DNA of 64,000 nucleotides, from contig OU015566.1 in NCBI GenBank assembly GCA_907165135.1, positions 8,494,001 through 8,558,000 on the forward strand, read 5' to 3'. A program made the position numbers and the translations under genes. Numbering within the stretch: position 1 is the first letter of the stretch; every line of letters begins with the position of its first letter. This DNA comes from Oikopleura dioica. Taxonomy: Eukaryota > Animalia > Chordata. Shown in pieces: positions 50,790 to 64,000 of this stretch. The notes under the pieces are model-generated. The model was given only the letters and a program-made list of their open reading frames with translations. It did not search any database and was not told where the DNA came from.

Positions 50790-51811
50790 AAAAAAAATAA
50801 ATGGGATCGAGAAGGGACATCCCCAGAAAGCAATCAAATCACAGCTCAACCGAGGAAAACTCAACAGAAAAAAACATTAACTCTTCCTTTGTATTTCATA
50901 TCCTTTTTTAATTGTCAATAATAAGTACTTTCAACAGTCTCCCCCTCCTTCATTCTTGCAATCTCACCAAGTTGATCTAGTCCCTAAAATTCATTAATTC
51001 AGGCGCCAGTTTTTGGTGCACCCTGGTGATTTTCTTCTCATTCTCTATTTTTTGTTTGTTATTGTAAATTTTATATAGAAACGGGTAACTTATTTTTCCA
51101 AAAATTCAAGCCTCGCGCTCACACGATTATCGGTAGTAGAAATAAATGCGGTTATTTTTTCTTTCATTATTATTCTTACAGCTGAGTTTGAACACTTCGA
51201 GTAAATCTTTCCATTTCCGTTCAATTGCAATACTTCTAATTCAAGATCTCTTTTCCCTTGACCAGCTTTAGAATACTCAGCCATCCTAAATCAATATCCA
51301 ACTTTTTAAATTCTTACCAACTCATAAATGCACATAAAAAAGATAACCGCGCGGTGCGCCAGGGCCCACTGCCACTTTCATGAAATCCTGAATCTCCTGA
51401 ATTCTGCTCACCAACCCAATTTTACTTCCTGAAAAGAAATATCCAATAATACCCTTAGTAAGTAATAGCTGTGTATTTATGTCATTTTAAATTATAGTTT
51501 TATTTTATTTTGTGACATTGAATGCCTTTGTTGTAATATGTTTGAACATTTTTTCCAAATAAATTTTGATCACTTGGTCTCCTTTTTGACAATCATGGAA
51601 GAACAGAGAGTTACAAGAATTTCTCTATTCTTTGATTTTGTTCAGTTAATCTGCAGGAAAACAAAAAATATGTAATGAACACGCCCCGAGGCATGGGCAC
51701 TATGCCCTGGAGTATTTTCATCGTACAAAAGCTCACATTTCTTCATCAAATAGACAGAAAAATAGACTCGAATAAATAGCTCATTTTTGGAGATTCAGAC
51801 AGAGAAAAAGC

Positions 51812-53897
51812 ATGATCAGGAGTCTCCGTCGATTTCAAACCCTTGCGAAGGTTATCGGAGAGAGTAAAATTGTCACTTCCAGCGCAGCACAAAACCAGTT
51901 ACAGGAGTACAAATATTTGAACATTCATTGCTACGATAGTTTCTCTCGGAAAATTTGGTTATTTTTTGATAATTTCCGGCAGACAATCCAAAAGCAGTGA
52001 AAGCATCAACATTTTTATTTAATATTTTGTCATTCCTAAAAGTTTGGGCACGATGAGTCCCCTCATCCTTTCCATATTCTTCCGAAGGCCGTCATTACGC
52101 CTGCAAGCAAGAATGACGTCGTTGAGATTGTAAATTGGTGCGCTGAAAATGATGTCTCAATCATTCCATACGGAACTGGCTCAGGACTGGAAGGCGGCGT
52201 CATTGCTCAGAATGAGAACTCAGTTACTGTTGATATGAGCAAAATGGACGAAATTTTATTTGTTTCGGAGGAGGATCTTTATTGCGTTGTTCAACCAGGG
52301 AAAATTTAAAATAGATTCAACTCAGGGAAAAGATGAATTTGTTGAGCAATCATTAAATTTCTGCGAAGGTGTAACGAGAGAACAACTCAACGACCATTTG
52401 CGTGCGACAGGCCTTTTCTTCCCTGTGGATCCAGGTGCGAATGCTTCTCTTGGAGGCATGGCGGCGACCAGTGCTTCTGGAACTTCAGCGGTCAAATTTG
52501 GGACCATGAAAGAGAATGTTATCAACATGGAAGTGATTCTACCATCGGGCGAGATCCTTCATACTTCTGGAGACGGACGTTCTTTTCGAAAATCATCTGC
52601 TGGGTTGAATTTGACCGAGCTTTTCGTCGGATCGGAAGGGACTCTTGGGCTGATAACTCAACTCACATTGAGGCTTCATCCTCAACCGGAATGTACAATA
52701 GCGGCTGTTTGCCAATTCGAATCTGTCTCAGGACCGGTTCTCTTCTATGATTTCGGGAAAGATTGGTATCAAGTTATCGAACCGGAACGAAGACGCTGTT
52801 CAATCCGCAGTTCAAGCTCTTCAATACAATATTCCACTGGCTAAAGTTGAGCTTCTTGACTCGAGATCAATTCAAGCTGTCAACGACTACAGTAAAACGG
52901 GACTGGAAGAGAAGCCGACTTTGTTTTTAGAATTCCAAGGATCCGAAAGTGCAGTTGCCGAGCAGAGAGAGATGTTCTCAGAAATCGCGGGAGAAAACGG
53001 CTCCGTCAGGTAAAATCGATTTGTTGTGGTAAGTTAGAAGATAGACAAGTAAGATAAACATGTGGACAGACTTGAACCTGGAATTTCGCTGAAGTCATGA
53101 TGATTTTTATCTCTAGTTGGAAGCAAGCTGACACGCTAGAAGAGCGAATCTCCCTTTGGAAAGCACGCCACTCGTTGTGGTTTGCTTTCTTGTCTCAGGA
53201 ACTATGTTTACAAGCTTTACATGTCGTACTATTTAGCGATAAAAAACCTAATGACGCAAGTGCATTTATGACCGCTTGTTTCTTACAAGTAATCGATAGT
53301 GCCTTACGCTCGTGTTTATCTTATATCATAATTTGCGTAACTTTACATGTTGAAGCCCTTAACAAGAGTTCAAAATACAACTTCGTGGTAATCTTTAAAA
53401 AAATTGCTGCTGACTAATCACTTCTGTATGATGATTTTGTAAACAGATCCTTTCAAGGCAGGAAATCTTGAAGGTGAGGGCTGGCGTGGATACTCAACAG
53501 ACGTGTGCGTGCCGATTTCAAAGCTGGATGAGATGATCAAAGCAGCTGAAGAAATCATGAAGGGCACCTATGCGGAAGGGATTTTCGCATTTTTGGGTCA
53601 CGTGGGAGACGGAAACTTTCATATCTTTATCCCTGTCAATGGTCAGAAGCTTTTCATTTCATTTCTTTATTGAATTTAGACGACACCTTCGCTGAGCTCA
53701 AAGAAATCAGTCATAAAGTTGGCATGGTAGCACTTGAACTAGGAGGAACGTGCACTGGCGAACACGGAGTCGGCCTAGGGAAGCAACAGCTCATGGCGTT
53801 AGAAAGAGGCCCCGTTGCAATAAATTTGATGAAAACGATCAAGAATTCTATCGACAAAAAGTACATAATGAACCCTGGAAAAGTCATTCCTTTTTAA
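51812..53897 (+). CDS. LDHD: Mitochondrial D-lactate dehydrogenase (FAD-linked)
   Basis: [101 protein letters not shown]. Confidence 0.95.
53205..53445. mobile_element. Possible relic MITE coinciding with an LDHD intron (9-bp perfect TIR TGTTTACAA/TTGTAAACA)
   Basis: In-frame GT-AG intron 53206-53446 whose two ends are reverse complements. No clean TSD. Confidence 0.35.
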
Positions 53898-53980
53898 TCT
53901 TGAGATATAAATATATAGAGCTCATTAAAACTATATCTAAGCGTGGAGAATCATTTTCAGATTGATTTCGCTACTTTTAT

Positions 53981-56930
53981 ATGCTGGAAATTTTTGCGTT
54001 AACGGTTTTTACCGCGATTGTGGTTGCCAAATGCTCGCCGACTTTCAAGAGAGACCTGAACGCAGGTAAAGAGCGGCTACACTGATTTCCTTCACGCGGT
54101 GTTTTCCTAGCACGTATGCTGGTAACTATGAAGATCATGTATGCTTGGTACACTTGGAGAGGATTTAACATTCCGGACTGGGTTCAAGCATAGAATACGC
54201 TGCAAAGTAAACGTTATCAATGTTGGTTCAACTTGACCCATCCAAAGCTTCTTTGGCAAAAAACAGTTGAGAAAGATCCGGAGAAAATAGCTCTTATAGA
54301 AGCGCACACCCAAAGAAAATTCACTTTCAAAGAAATCGATGAATTATCAAACCAGTTTGCCTGGGTCCTGAAAAAGTATAACGTCAAACCTAGTTCCGTG
54401 GTCGCCATCATGGTAACTTCTAACGAGATAAAACATAACCGTCTTTTGCAAAGATGCCTAATTGCATGGAGTACGTAGCCAGTTGGCTCGGTGCAGGTGC
54501 ATAACTAATGAGTTTACCGTCAAAACAACTTACCCCGAAATTCAGTGAAATTGGGGTGTACTGCGGCACTTGTGAATACCATGTTTGAGGGTCCTTCCTT
54601 AGTTCATGCTTTGATAATATGCAAAGCAGAAGCGATAATTGTTCATGAAGACTTTTTGCCTGCTCTAGGAAAGCGATAACAAAACTAATTGGTTACTAGA
54701 CAATGTAGATGATATAATTATCGAATATATACAGAAGAAATCTTCGGAGAATTACCTAGTGGTGTCGCGATTTTCGGGTATCAACTCACGAATTATGCGA
54801 GCAAGGGCGATATTCAGCTCGTTGACATGGCCAAGGAGACACTCTTGTCAAACAAGCCCCCACCAGCCGAATATTATCAAAATTTGACGCTCAATTCACC
54901 TACTTTGACAAAGGTTCAAAATTGACAAGTGCAAAGAATGGCGTGCAGGCGTCCCCTGGACTTTTAAAATAACTTGTTCTTGTAGGACATTCTAAAAGTC
55001 TCAGAAAGTTCCTGAGTCAACTAAGAACAAGTTTACCATCGCGGTATTTTTGTGGTTTGTACGGAACCAATGTGTAATAGTAAATATGTAGCTTGAATGT
55101 TACACGACCGCATAATCTTAGACAAGCGCTAGTCAATTAACGGTGAGCAATTTTGTAGACATTGTAGTTTCTGAGTGACATTGTCTGAACCTTGATCGGT
55201 AGATGCTCTACACTTCCGGAACATCGGGAAACAACAAGGTGGTGAAAATAAGTGGTTTCAAGACGCATTTTATGGGCTGGAGTATGGCGAACCTCTGTGG
55301 TTTCAGTTCTAGTGACATTTTTTACACGCCATTGCCACTTTTTCATGGAAATGGTGGAGGAATGTGCCTTGGTCAGATGCTTTGGAGAGGCTCTACTGTT
55401 GTAATCAGGTGAAAATCGCGTCTTTTATCCTTCTTAAAAAGCGCTTTAGAGACAAATTCTCAGCATCAAAGTTTTGGCTTGATGTTTCAGCGCACAAAGC
55501 GACGGTCATCAATTACATCGGTGAAATCGGCTCTTACCTTTTGGCCCATCCAGAGCGACCGGAAGAACGCTCGCACGACGTGAACTTTGCGATTGGAAAC
55601 GGACTGTCTCAATCAGTCTGGAGCAAAATGAAAAGCCGATTTGGAATCAAGAGGATCGTCGAGTTTTATGCTTCGACGGAGGGGAATTGTAACTTGGTTA
55701 ATTCAGAAGGACATCTTGGTGCGTGCGGGTTTATTCCCGGTGGACTGGCCAAAAGATTTTTTCCAGTTAATCTCATCAAATGTGATCCTCGTAAGTTTTT
55801 TTTAGAAACTTGAAGTTTCCAAAAATTTCATATAGAAACGATGGAGCCTGAACGTACTTCAGAAGGATTGTGCAAACTGGTTGAACCAGGGGAGGTCGGC
55901 CAAATCGTTGGGAAAATCCGGAACGACTACCTTTCTCGTTTCGAAGGATATTCAGACGGGGACGCTAGTCGAAGCAAAATAATCAACGACGTATTCAGAC
56001 AAGGAGACGCTGCTTTTATCTCCGGCGACTTGCTCAGAATCGACGAGAATGGCTGGTGCTATTTTGTTCAGCGCGTTGCTGATTGTTACAGAATCAACGG
56101 CGAGAATATTTCTTCAACGATGATCGAAGATCACAGTAAGTGTCTTACATAAAAGTCTGGGTTAGAACTCCTATTGAGCACTTCCATTTTAGGCCTTAGA
56201 GACTTTTAGACTAAGAAACGCTAGACATGAAAGCGCCGAATGAGAAAGCTGAGTCTTAGAATACTCTTACCATAAAAGCTTTAGAAAAGCCCCTGAAGAC
56301 TTTCGAGGGAGTTCACGCGGTTCTCTGAAGCGGTGCAACCCAACGCGCACGGATAATCTGTAAAAAGAAGCCGCACCCAACTCTGCAGGGTTCACGTGAT
56401 CGGGTTTGGCGTCCGCCGAATAATATCACGCAAGCAATTTAGTAATCGAGTATATTCTCGTTGTGAGCATTATCGGATAACCTCATTATAGATTATTGAT
56501 AAGAAGAGTAAGAAGATTTCGTTGCATAAAAATCGCTCTGTCGATTGTCTCAAAAGTTTAGCAAAATTAGTTTTCGGTTATGTTTTTTCTGGAGTAATGA
56601 TTTAATAAAGATCTAAGCTGATGCATATTTTAGTGAACAAGCTCTTGAATTTCAAGTACACCGTTGCCTCGACGTTCACGGAAATTGACAAAGTATGGCG
56701 GGCTTGAGTTTAAAACCGGATTCTAGTAACGATCTTTTAGCGAACTTTTGGCGTGCTAGTAATGAAGTTCGATTTGGCTCAAGTTGCAGAGAAAGATTTG
56801 GAGAAAAAGACGATGGAAATAGCAGAAGTCATTTCCAAATTACCCAAGGTCAGTTTCAGGCGTATACAGCCATAATTATCATCCTTACGATTTGTATGAC
56901 ATCGTCAATGTCACTATGTCTAATTTTTAG
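53981..56930 (+). CDS. Fatty acid transport protein / very-long-chain acyl-CoA synthetase (SLC27 family); C-terminal exons unresolved
   Basis: MLYTSGTSG AMP-binding motif, YTPLPLFHG, KFSASKFW, YIGEI, IVEFYASTEGN, FRQGDAAFISGDLL...YF..RVADCYR.NGENIS. Confidence 0.88.
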
Positions 56931-58008
56931 CAAATGCTTTTTGCAAATGCTTTTAGCAATGAAGTTGTATAAATTTATATTTTTGGCAATAAACGTTTCT
57001 ATAATGAATCTTAGTACGCGAGACCAACGTATGTTCGCCTAACAGATGACATTCCAATAACGCCAACAATGAAAGTACAGAAATTTGCACTTCAGAAGCG
57101 AGGAGTAGACCCATACAAAGATGATATTGTCTTAAAATATTCTTCGAAAACCCAAAAACTGACAACTTTCATTTCTTCAAAATAAACCAAAACTGACATA
57201 TTATTTTGCATTCACTTCTTGTAAATAATAATTAATAATAAAATTAATAATTTATTATGGTTTTTGAGAATTTTTTTAACACGTTACGTGTTTTTCTAAC
57301 TAAGAAAATTGTTTGATTTTCGCCATGAGTGACATGGAAAAGTTCGTTCATAAATGTCTGCGTGTTGTTTGTCCTTTTCCCATAAAAATAACATGGTTCA
57401 ACCAAACGGTCGATTAGGGGGCGCGCGAGTTGCCCGTCTCTTCAGAATTGGCCGAGTCCTCCAACACTAAGCCCGCCACTCTGCGTGTGCTGATATAGGT
57501 GGCGTACGAGGCAATTTTCGGCCCGTTTTTCTTTTTGTTATCGGACAGGGGTTACCGCAAAATAACATGTGCCGTTCTGGTCACATTAATTAATTTTTGC
57601 TAATTTTAACAGCGGTTAGAAGAGTGACCACGCGTAGCCTACCGAGGCAGCTCATTTTTGTGCACCCAAGCGGATAACGTTTGACGTTCGAAGAGCTCCT
57701 CCACCACCGTCAAAAGAGAATAGAAACTCTCAGAGCAGAGACTGAACCTTCTTTCTCTCGTACTAACCAGAAAACACAAAGAGAGAGACAAGACCACGAA
57801 GAAAACGAGTTAAAGAAGTAAGCCGCGGGGCGATTTACTTTAGTGGCGACCAGGTACGATACTCAGACTTACTTGCAGAGTTTCCTTGCACAGCTTTGTT
57901 CTACACACGCGCATTGATAGCTTTGTCGTGTTTGAGCGCTTTTTCTAACCTGTGGAGAGAACGGTGATCCTGAATAACCTGTTTTAAGAGCTCTCAAACT
58001 GAGGTTCA

Positions 58009-61000
58009 ATGGTAAAGCTTACTCCCCTTGTGGGCTTGATTTCTTTCACATGCGCGAATTCTATCGATATAGATGTGATTAAGAATTTACGAGCCATTGA
58101 AAGTAAGTATTTATTCCCTTTTAAAATATTCATTATAATGATTTAGACTATGAAAGAGCAAATGGCCCGATGTCTTTCGAAGAAGTTCTTCTGAGGGCTG
58201 AAAGCCAGGGTTTTGATTTGAAAGCATTGTTGGAAGAGAGAGGAATAACTAGGGAAGATATTGAAGAAGCCAAAGATAATGCCCATCTGAATGGCGACGA
58301 CCTTAACGGTGATGGCTTCATCGATGATTTTGAAGAAGAGCAAGCCGCAGACCCTTTCTTTGAAGAATTCGGTATTAAATTCATCAAATTTGATACATCT
58401 TAACGTAGTATTAGATATTCTCTCTCCTGGAAATAATTTTCATATGATGCAAAAGAGCAAGAAGTTCGACGATCTTCAGTCGACAATAGGCGCCATCATG
58501 AATTTAATTTTACCCCGCCCAACGGACCCACCAAGAACCCGACCACCTATGCCATGGGAAGCTACTACCGAGACTCCTCCTACTCCAGAATGGGATAATT
58601 GGAAAGAGTGGCAGTCTTGCTCGAAATCATGCGGAACAGGAGTTCAGAAGAGATTCCGCGTATGCAGAAATAGCCAATATGGCGAATGCAGTGGTAACGC
58701 TCGACAACAGAGACACTGTAACAAGCACGATTGCGGTAAGTTATTGCTCTCTTGATTTAATCAAACAATGTTTTTATTCTTAGTCGGAAGCGAATGGGCG
58801 CCGTGGAATCCCTGGACTCCTTGCAGTAAATCGTGCAACAATGGAATGCAGATCCGAAATAGAGTCTGCAATCGCGTCAACGGTGCGCCATGCAAGGTGC
58901 TCAACGGAGTCAAAAATATGCAGTTTGATAATTGCAATACCCAAAGCTGTTGTAAGTTAACAAAATTAAAAAAAGAGACGCGTTTAGAGATTCTACGCAA
59001 ACGGTTCCTCAAAGGCGCATACTTTAATGTCAGCCCGGTTAGATTTCACCGTCGTTTAATTCGCTGCTAAGCTACCCTAAACCAAGCCTGCATGAAAGGG
59101 CTAGTGCTTATTTGTTTCCCCAGGCTACGCTCGTCATTTACGTTGATTTTTAAGTCGCCAATCAATCAAAATGGACAAACTGGGGTTCTTGGAGTCAGTG
59201 TGGCAAAAGTTGCGACGGCGGTTTCAGAATAAGACAACGAGTTTGCCTCCGAGATGCTGGCTCACCCAACTGCCCGGGTAGCAACGTTGATAGTGAGAGA
59301 TGCAATACCGAGCCCTGCAAAAAGGTGTCTGGGCCGATCGGAGAGTGGACTCAGTGGTCAAGCTGCAACAAGACTTGTGGGATCGGGAAAAAGACAAGAA
59401 CTCGTACATGCAGCTATAGCCCAGGAAGATGCCGAAGATTTAAGCTAGAGGACGAACAGCAATGTTTTGCTGGTAAGGCTTGCGGAGAATGGCAAAGCTG
59501 GGGGTCATGGGGATCGTGCTCTGTATCCTGCGATTTAGGAGTTAAAACGCGAATTCGAAAGTGCATTGGGGGTGTTCCAGGAGTCGGTGGATGCAACGGA
59601 TCTTATGAAGATTCGATGGGATGCAATGTTCAGGTAAGATTGCTATTTTGGATACTGGCTTAATAAGTTTTCACAGGGCTGCCCTGAATGGAATTCCTGG
59701 TCGGACTGGTCAGGCTGCTCAAGGACCTGTGGTGGCGGATTGTCTCGACGGAGCAGATATTGCCGAAACGGAACTGGATGTCCTGGCGAAAGCTACGAAG
59801 AAAAAGTCTGCCAAACAGATAGTTGTCCTTCATGGAATCAATGGGGCTCATGGTCAACTTGTGATGCTGAATGTGACGGCGGATTCCGCGAGAGAAAACG
59901 ATCATGCGAAAATGGAAAGCCAGGTCAGCGAGGATGCTTTGGAGAATACCATGTGAAGGCTAAATGTAACACAAGAGCTTGTCCCAGATGGGAAAACTGG
60001 GCTGAATGGTCAGAATGTAGTGTCTCCTGCGGCGTTGGAAAAAAATATCGATACAGATATTGCAACAATGAGGGCGAATGCAGTGGTGACGATACTGATA
60101 GCGCTCAGTGTTTTGCCGGAAAGTGTGCGCAATGGCAAAATTGGGGAAGTTGGTCAGCTTGCTCCGTAACATGCGGTAGCGGCGGCAATCAAAAACGTTA
60201 CAGAGAGTGTGTTGGAAAGGGAGAATGCAAGGCAGATCCGTACACCAATGATTTGGACTCACAGTTCCAATTTTGCCGAGAAGCCAGCATGTGTCGTAAG
60301 TATTGATTCTTTTATCTATTTCATTACTGATCCTCAAATAACTGTAAATTTAGCATCTTGGGAAGATTGGTCAAGATGGAGCTCTTGCAGCGCAACATGC
60401 GGCGGAGGTTCTAGTCAACGATCTCGAGCATGCAATGTTCCTGGCAAATGTAACGGGCTCAGCACACAAAGAAAAGACTGTAACGAAGAATCTTGTCCTG
60501 TCCCATCGAGCTGGAAATCATGGTCAAACTGGTCACCGTGCAGCGCTTCCTGTGGTGGTGGTTCGAGAAGTCGCTCTAGAAGCTGTTCTGGCAATTCTTG
60601 TAGCGGAAAAGGAGTTGATTCCGAGTCATGCAACACATTCGAGTGTGCGACGCTTGAACCTTGGGGCACGTGGGCGGCCTGCAACTGTGCTTCAAACAGA
60701 CAGAAGCGAACTCGACACTGTTCTCGTCCAGATCCGCGATCGAAGTGTCCAGATAATCACGAAGAATTCAGAAGCTGCGCCTGTTCGACAAGAGCTCCAC
60801 GTAAGAAATATAAATATATTTATTTCGGGAAAAAATTTGATTTCTTTTCAGCAAGAACGTTCACAGAAGCTCAAACGACAACAACTAGCTCTGATGAAAT
60901 GCTTGGAGATCACGCAGATGAATTAAATAAACTCAAAGGAGAAAACGAGGACGAGGATGTCTGCACTTTGCTCAATGTCAATGGAGATTGCTTAGACCAT

Positions 61001-61683
61001 CTTGAATATGACAAAGGTATTTTTCCTTTGAGAATTTTGCTTAATATTTTTTTCAAGGAGATAAAATTGTGGATATCCACAGTTGCGACCTACCAGCGTA
61101 CATCATTAAAAACAGTGAAGTCATTGGCACGGCTGAAATGGTCAAGGGCACAGCAACAAAAGTCAAGTACTCATGCGTTGAGAACTACAAAATCCGAGGA
61201 AACAGAATCGTCGAGTGTCGATGCCGCGGAACTCGCTGCCGGACGAAGCCAAAGAACCTGCCTATGTGCGCGCCGGCGGTGATACAGTAAGTTCACCAAG
61301 ATCAAATGCACAACGTGCGCCTTTTTTGGAAAAATGATCTCTACTGTATATACAGAAAGATCAACCCAAAATTGTCAAACATCGAAATTCCTTCACCACT
61401 TGAAAATCGCTTTCAAGTCGAGTCTGCTTCAAATAATAGCCTTAGCCTCGCCAGCAAGTTAAAATCATCTTCCTTTTAACTTCACCCTCACCTGTCCATT
61501 TTATGAACATATCGATATATGTCATATGCAAGTCGGCTAAATATGGCTTCTTCTATGACTGCGTATCATCGGTATTTTCATTTTAGCCTGGAATCAGCTT
61601 CAACAGCAACTTCTACAACACCAATTTCTACAAGATCTACAACGTATAGTTATACCTATTCTTATACAACCGAATATGATTAA
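58009..61683 (+). CDS. Secreted protein: signal peptide, acidic EF-hand-like loop, ~12 thrombospondin type-1 repeats and a sushi/CCP domain
   Basis: MVKLTPLVGLISFTCANS signal; DLNGDGFIDDFE; repeated WxxWxxWxxCSxSCGxG...R.R.C; CDLP...YSCVENYKIRGNRIVEC. The final exon is uncertain. Confidence 0.85.
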
Positions 61684-64000
61684 TATCAACCCACAATAGC
61701 TCTAGAATCTTTTGAAGACTTGACGTCGATCGTGATTTTCTCGTGAAAGTAAATTGGCCTTATGATGATAAATTAAGATACCCTATAATATATTGAATAT
61801 ATTATAATGCTGCTTTAGGAATTCCAAATTGGGCTATAAATACAAGTTTGGGAAATAGACATTTCCCAGTCTCGATTTAACCCAAAAGCGCTCACATACC
61901 AACAGACACGCGCAAACGCTTTCAAAAACACACTCACGCATCACATGTTGTCTCCACCTTCAAAAATCAGCTCAAATCCAACTTCAAAACAACAAAACTC
62001 ACTCGTTCGTTCTTTATCATAAAACATAAGTTCTAAAACATAATTTATAAAACTCGCCGCTAATTGCCACCGGGGCATTTTGTTCTCTTTCTAAATCCGC
62101 TCTAAATTTTATTAAAAAGTATTTATAAAGTATAGACTAAGTGAGCCTGATACTGTTTATAATAACTTATTTATCATCGCTGCAAGTGGTTGCCTTTAAA
62201 ATCGACAAAGATGATCGATTTTTTAAGAATATCCATTTGCAGCGAAACTTGAACGCTTTATTTCCCAAAACTGCGAACGGTAAAACTCTTCCTGTACGTC
62301 GATGAATACTTGATAATTATCCGTCGGCTTCTTTTTTTTTCTAAAAAAATTTTAAACGAACTCAATAGTCAGTAACTCTACTGAAACATCAATAGAAAAG
62401 TTACAACGCCTGTATCTAATAGCTGTAAATAATACAAAACAAAAATAAATGAATCCACTAAATGACCATTCTATCATGACTAGCCTCTCTCACAAAATAC
62501 TCCCGGTGGTTGTTACTGCGTACTTACTGTACATAACGAAACGAAGTTGGACCTGGAGTTCGCTTTTTTACTGAACTCCACCGGGATAAGAGAGAGCTGG
62601 TTACGTTGCGAGTCAACTGTTGTTGCAAAAATAAGGCGAAAATGGATATTACGTCGCTAACAGGAAATCTTGTGTTGTCTTGATAAACACTTTCATGTAT
62701 TTAGCGACAACGTTCGTTTCAGGAAAAAAAAGGCAAAGCGCAAATTAAGCAGAATATCATGTAAATCAAAGGTCCTTTCAGGTGCATTTTCAGGCAGAAA
62801 AAATTACAGATTATATATGAAAGTCGACATATTATTGATAGTAGCGCTAGTTGTACCATCGAAAGTGTCTAGTTTATCGAAAACGCCGAATTTTTAATTG
62901 AAAGTTCATCAAAAAACCTTCTTCAGAACCACGAGGCCACCAATTTTGACAACTCGACTGCAGCAAGTTCGAAATCCTATCACCCAGAAAAGTCCCAAGA
63001 AAAACCGAGGCAAAAAGCGTCAAGCTGGAAATAACCGACCATTTACTCGCTCTCGCTCTCGGAATGGGAAGAGATCGCCAAATAGGTTCTACTGGACTTG
63101 GAATGGAACAAGACGAAGACTTGGCTAAAAAACGTTTATCGATTTAGCTATGTAAGGTTTTATTTTCTTCAAAGTCAAATTATGAAGACGAAATCTGTCT
63201 ATCTGATAAAAATAATAACTTATTTTCTCATAAGGAATAGCCACCTTATAGAAGTCCGTAATTACAAACTACTTTCCACAATTACAAAAATTGCCAAAGT
63301 CCCAAAATAACAAGCTACCATCTTTCTAGCTGAAATGAAAACAATATTTCACCTCACATCTTTCTTACTATTTATTTCAACATTGAAAAAAATAATCTCG
63401 TTGGATTATCATAATTTTCGCTTGATCGCTGTCAAATCCTCAACAATATTATATTGCTTTTGCCCATCTGTTTCTCTATGTCTGATTTATATTTAACTGT
63501 ACAAAAAAAACTTGCAACAAAAATCTGTTTGTCTTTATTTTAATCATAAATTGGCAATCGGCAAATGGCATAGCTTTGAAAATCATATCTAAAATGGGGA
63601 GGTCCTTAAGGCAATCGAAGCGGTACACGAATTTGAAGTAGGTACGAGGTCGGAAAGAACATAGCTTGGAGTTTCATGCGAAGATGCAGCGGCGCCAGCG
63701 CGACATGATATTTTTGATCACGTAATCGAATTCGGTAGAAAATCCAACACCACGTGGTTCTTAAACCGTCCCTGCCCCCCACTCTCGTACTGCACGGAAA
63801 TCCGAAACCGGAGACTGGCAGCGAAGCGTTTTCCCTGCTAATGAACTTTTAAAAACGCATAACAAATAATCCGGCTAATTGATACTCCAAAAAAGCCTTT
63901 ATCAGCGGAAGCCTGGCCTCACTGGGCTGTCTAATCAGTTGCAAGGTTCTTGTGGAGCTTTGCGTCATCGTGTGGGCTTATCTCCGAGGACAGCTGCCAA

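Larger units (their letters stand above)
41502..56930 (+). other. Operon-like cluster(s): ETF1, TMEM147, EED, RNGTT, WAC, then LDHD, FATP
   Basis: Co-oriented, with gaps of ~80-170 bp for several pairs and TTTCAG/TTTTAG immediately upstream of ATGs (41500, 47347, 53960). Confidence 0.65.

Noticed and set aside
54915-55202. 8-bp inverted match at the ends of a FATP intron (AAGGTTCA/TGAACCTT)
   Set aside because: Short, offset from the acceptor and without a TSD; compatible with chance.
130-63310. Many 60-130 aa ORFs antisense to or overlapping real exons
   Set aside because: Explained as shadow frames of identified genes; none shows independent family motifs.
61800-64000. Gene or retroelement in the final 2 kb (ORFs 62670-63310)
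   Set aside because: Short ORFs with no recognisable motif, consistent splice pattern, TIR or TSD; cannot be supported.

Overview
Eukaryotic nuclear DNA, inferred (not proven) to be the larvacean tunicate Oikopleura dioica or a close relative. Evidence: dense genes, ~40-70 nt introns, GA-AG non-canonical introns, AG acceptors just upstream of start codons (SL trans-splicing-like), and long co-oriented operon-like clusters. About 24 protein-coding genes were reconstructed by hand: a cystine-knot mucin/oikosin-like gene, FBXW7, ACBP, a coiled-coil gene, an ERK3/4-like kinase, NFU1, an LRR gene, SRSF11/SREK1, a PsuG-PsuK fusion, BCAS2, PIGB, RPLP2, eRF1, TMEM147, EED, RNGTT, WAC, LDHD, FATP, a TSP1-repeat protein and several unknowns. 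Two results stand out. (1) A tiny three-exon gene (2755-3140, minus) encodes a mitochondrial presequence fused to what looks like only the C-terminal ~43 aa of complex I subunit ND1, suggesting a split nad1 partly relocated to the nucleus. (2) Four structurally different TIR/TSD elements (0.7-3.4 kb) sit inside coding exons of FBXW7, the coiled-coil gene, NFU1 and PIGB. The frame is intact on both sides, and each element end or TSD supplies an AG acceptor, consistent with transposons being spliced out as new introns. No rRNA, tRNA or CRISPR was recognised. Exon boundaries are manual and unverified by RNA data.
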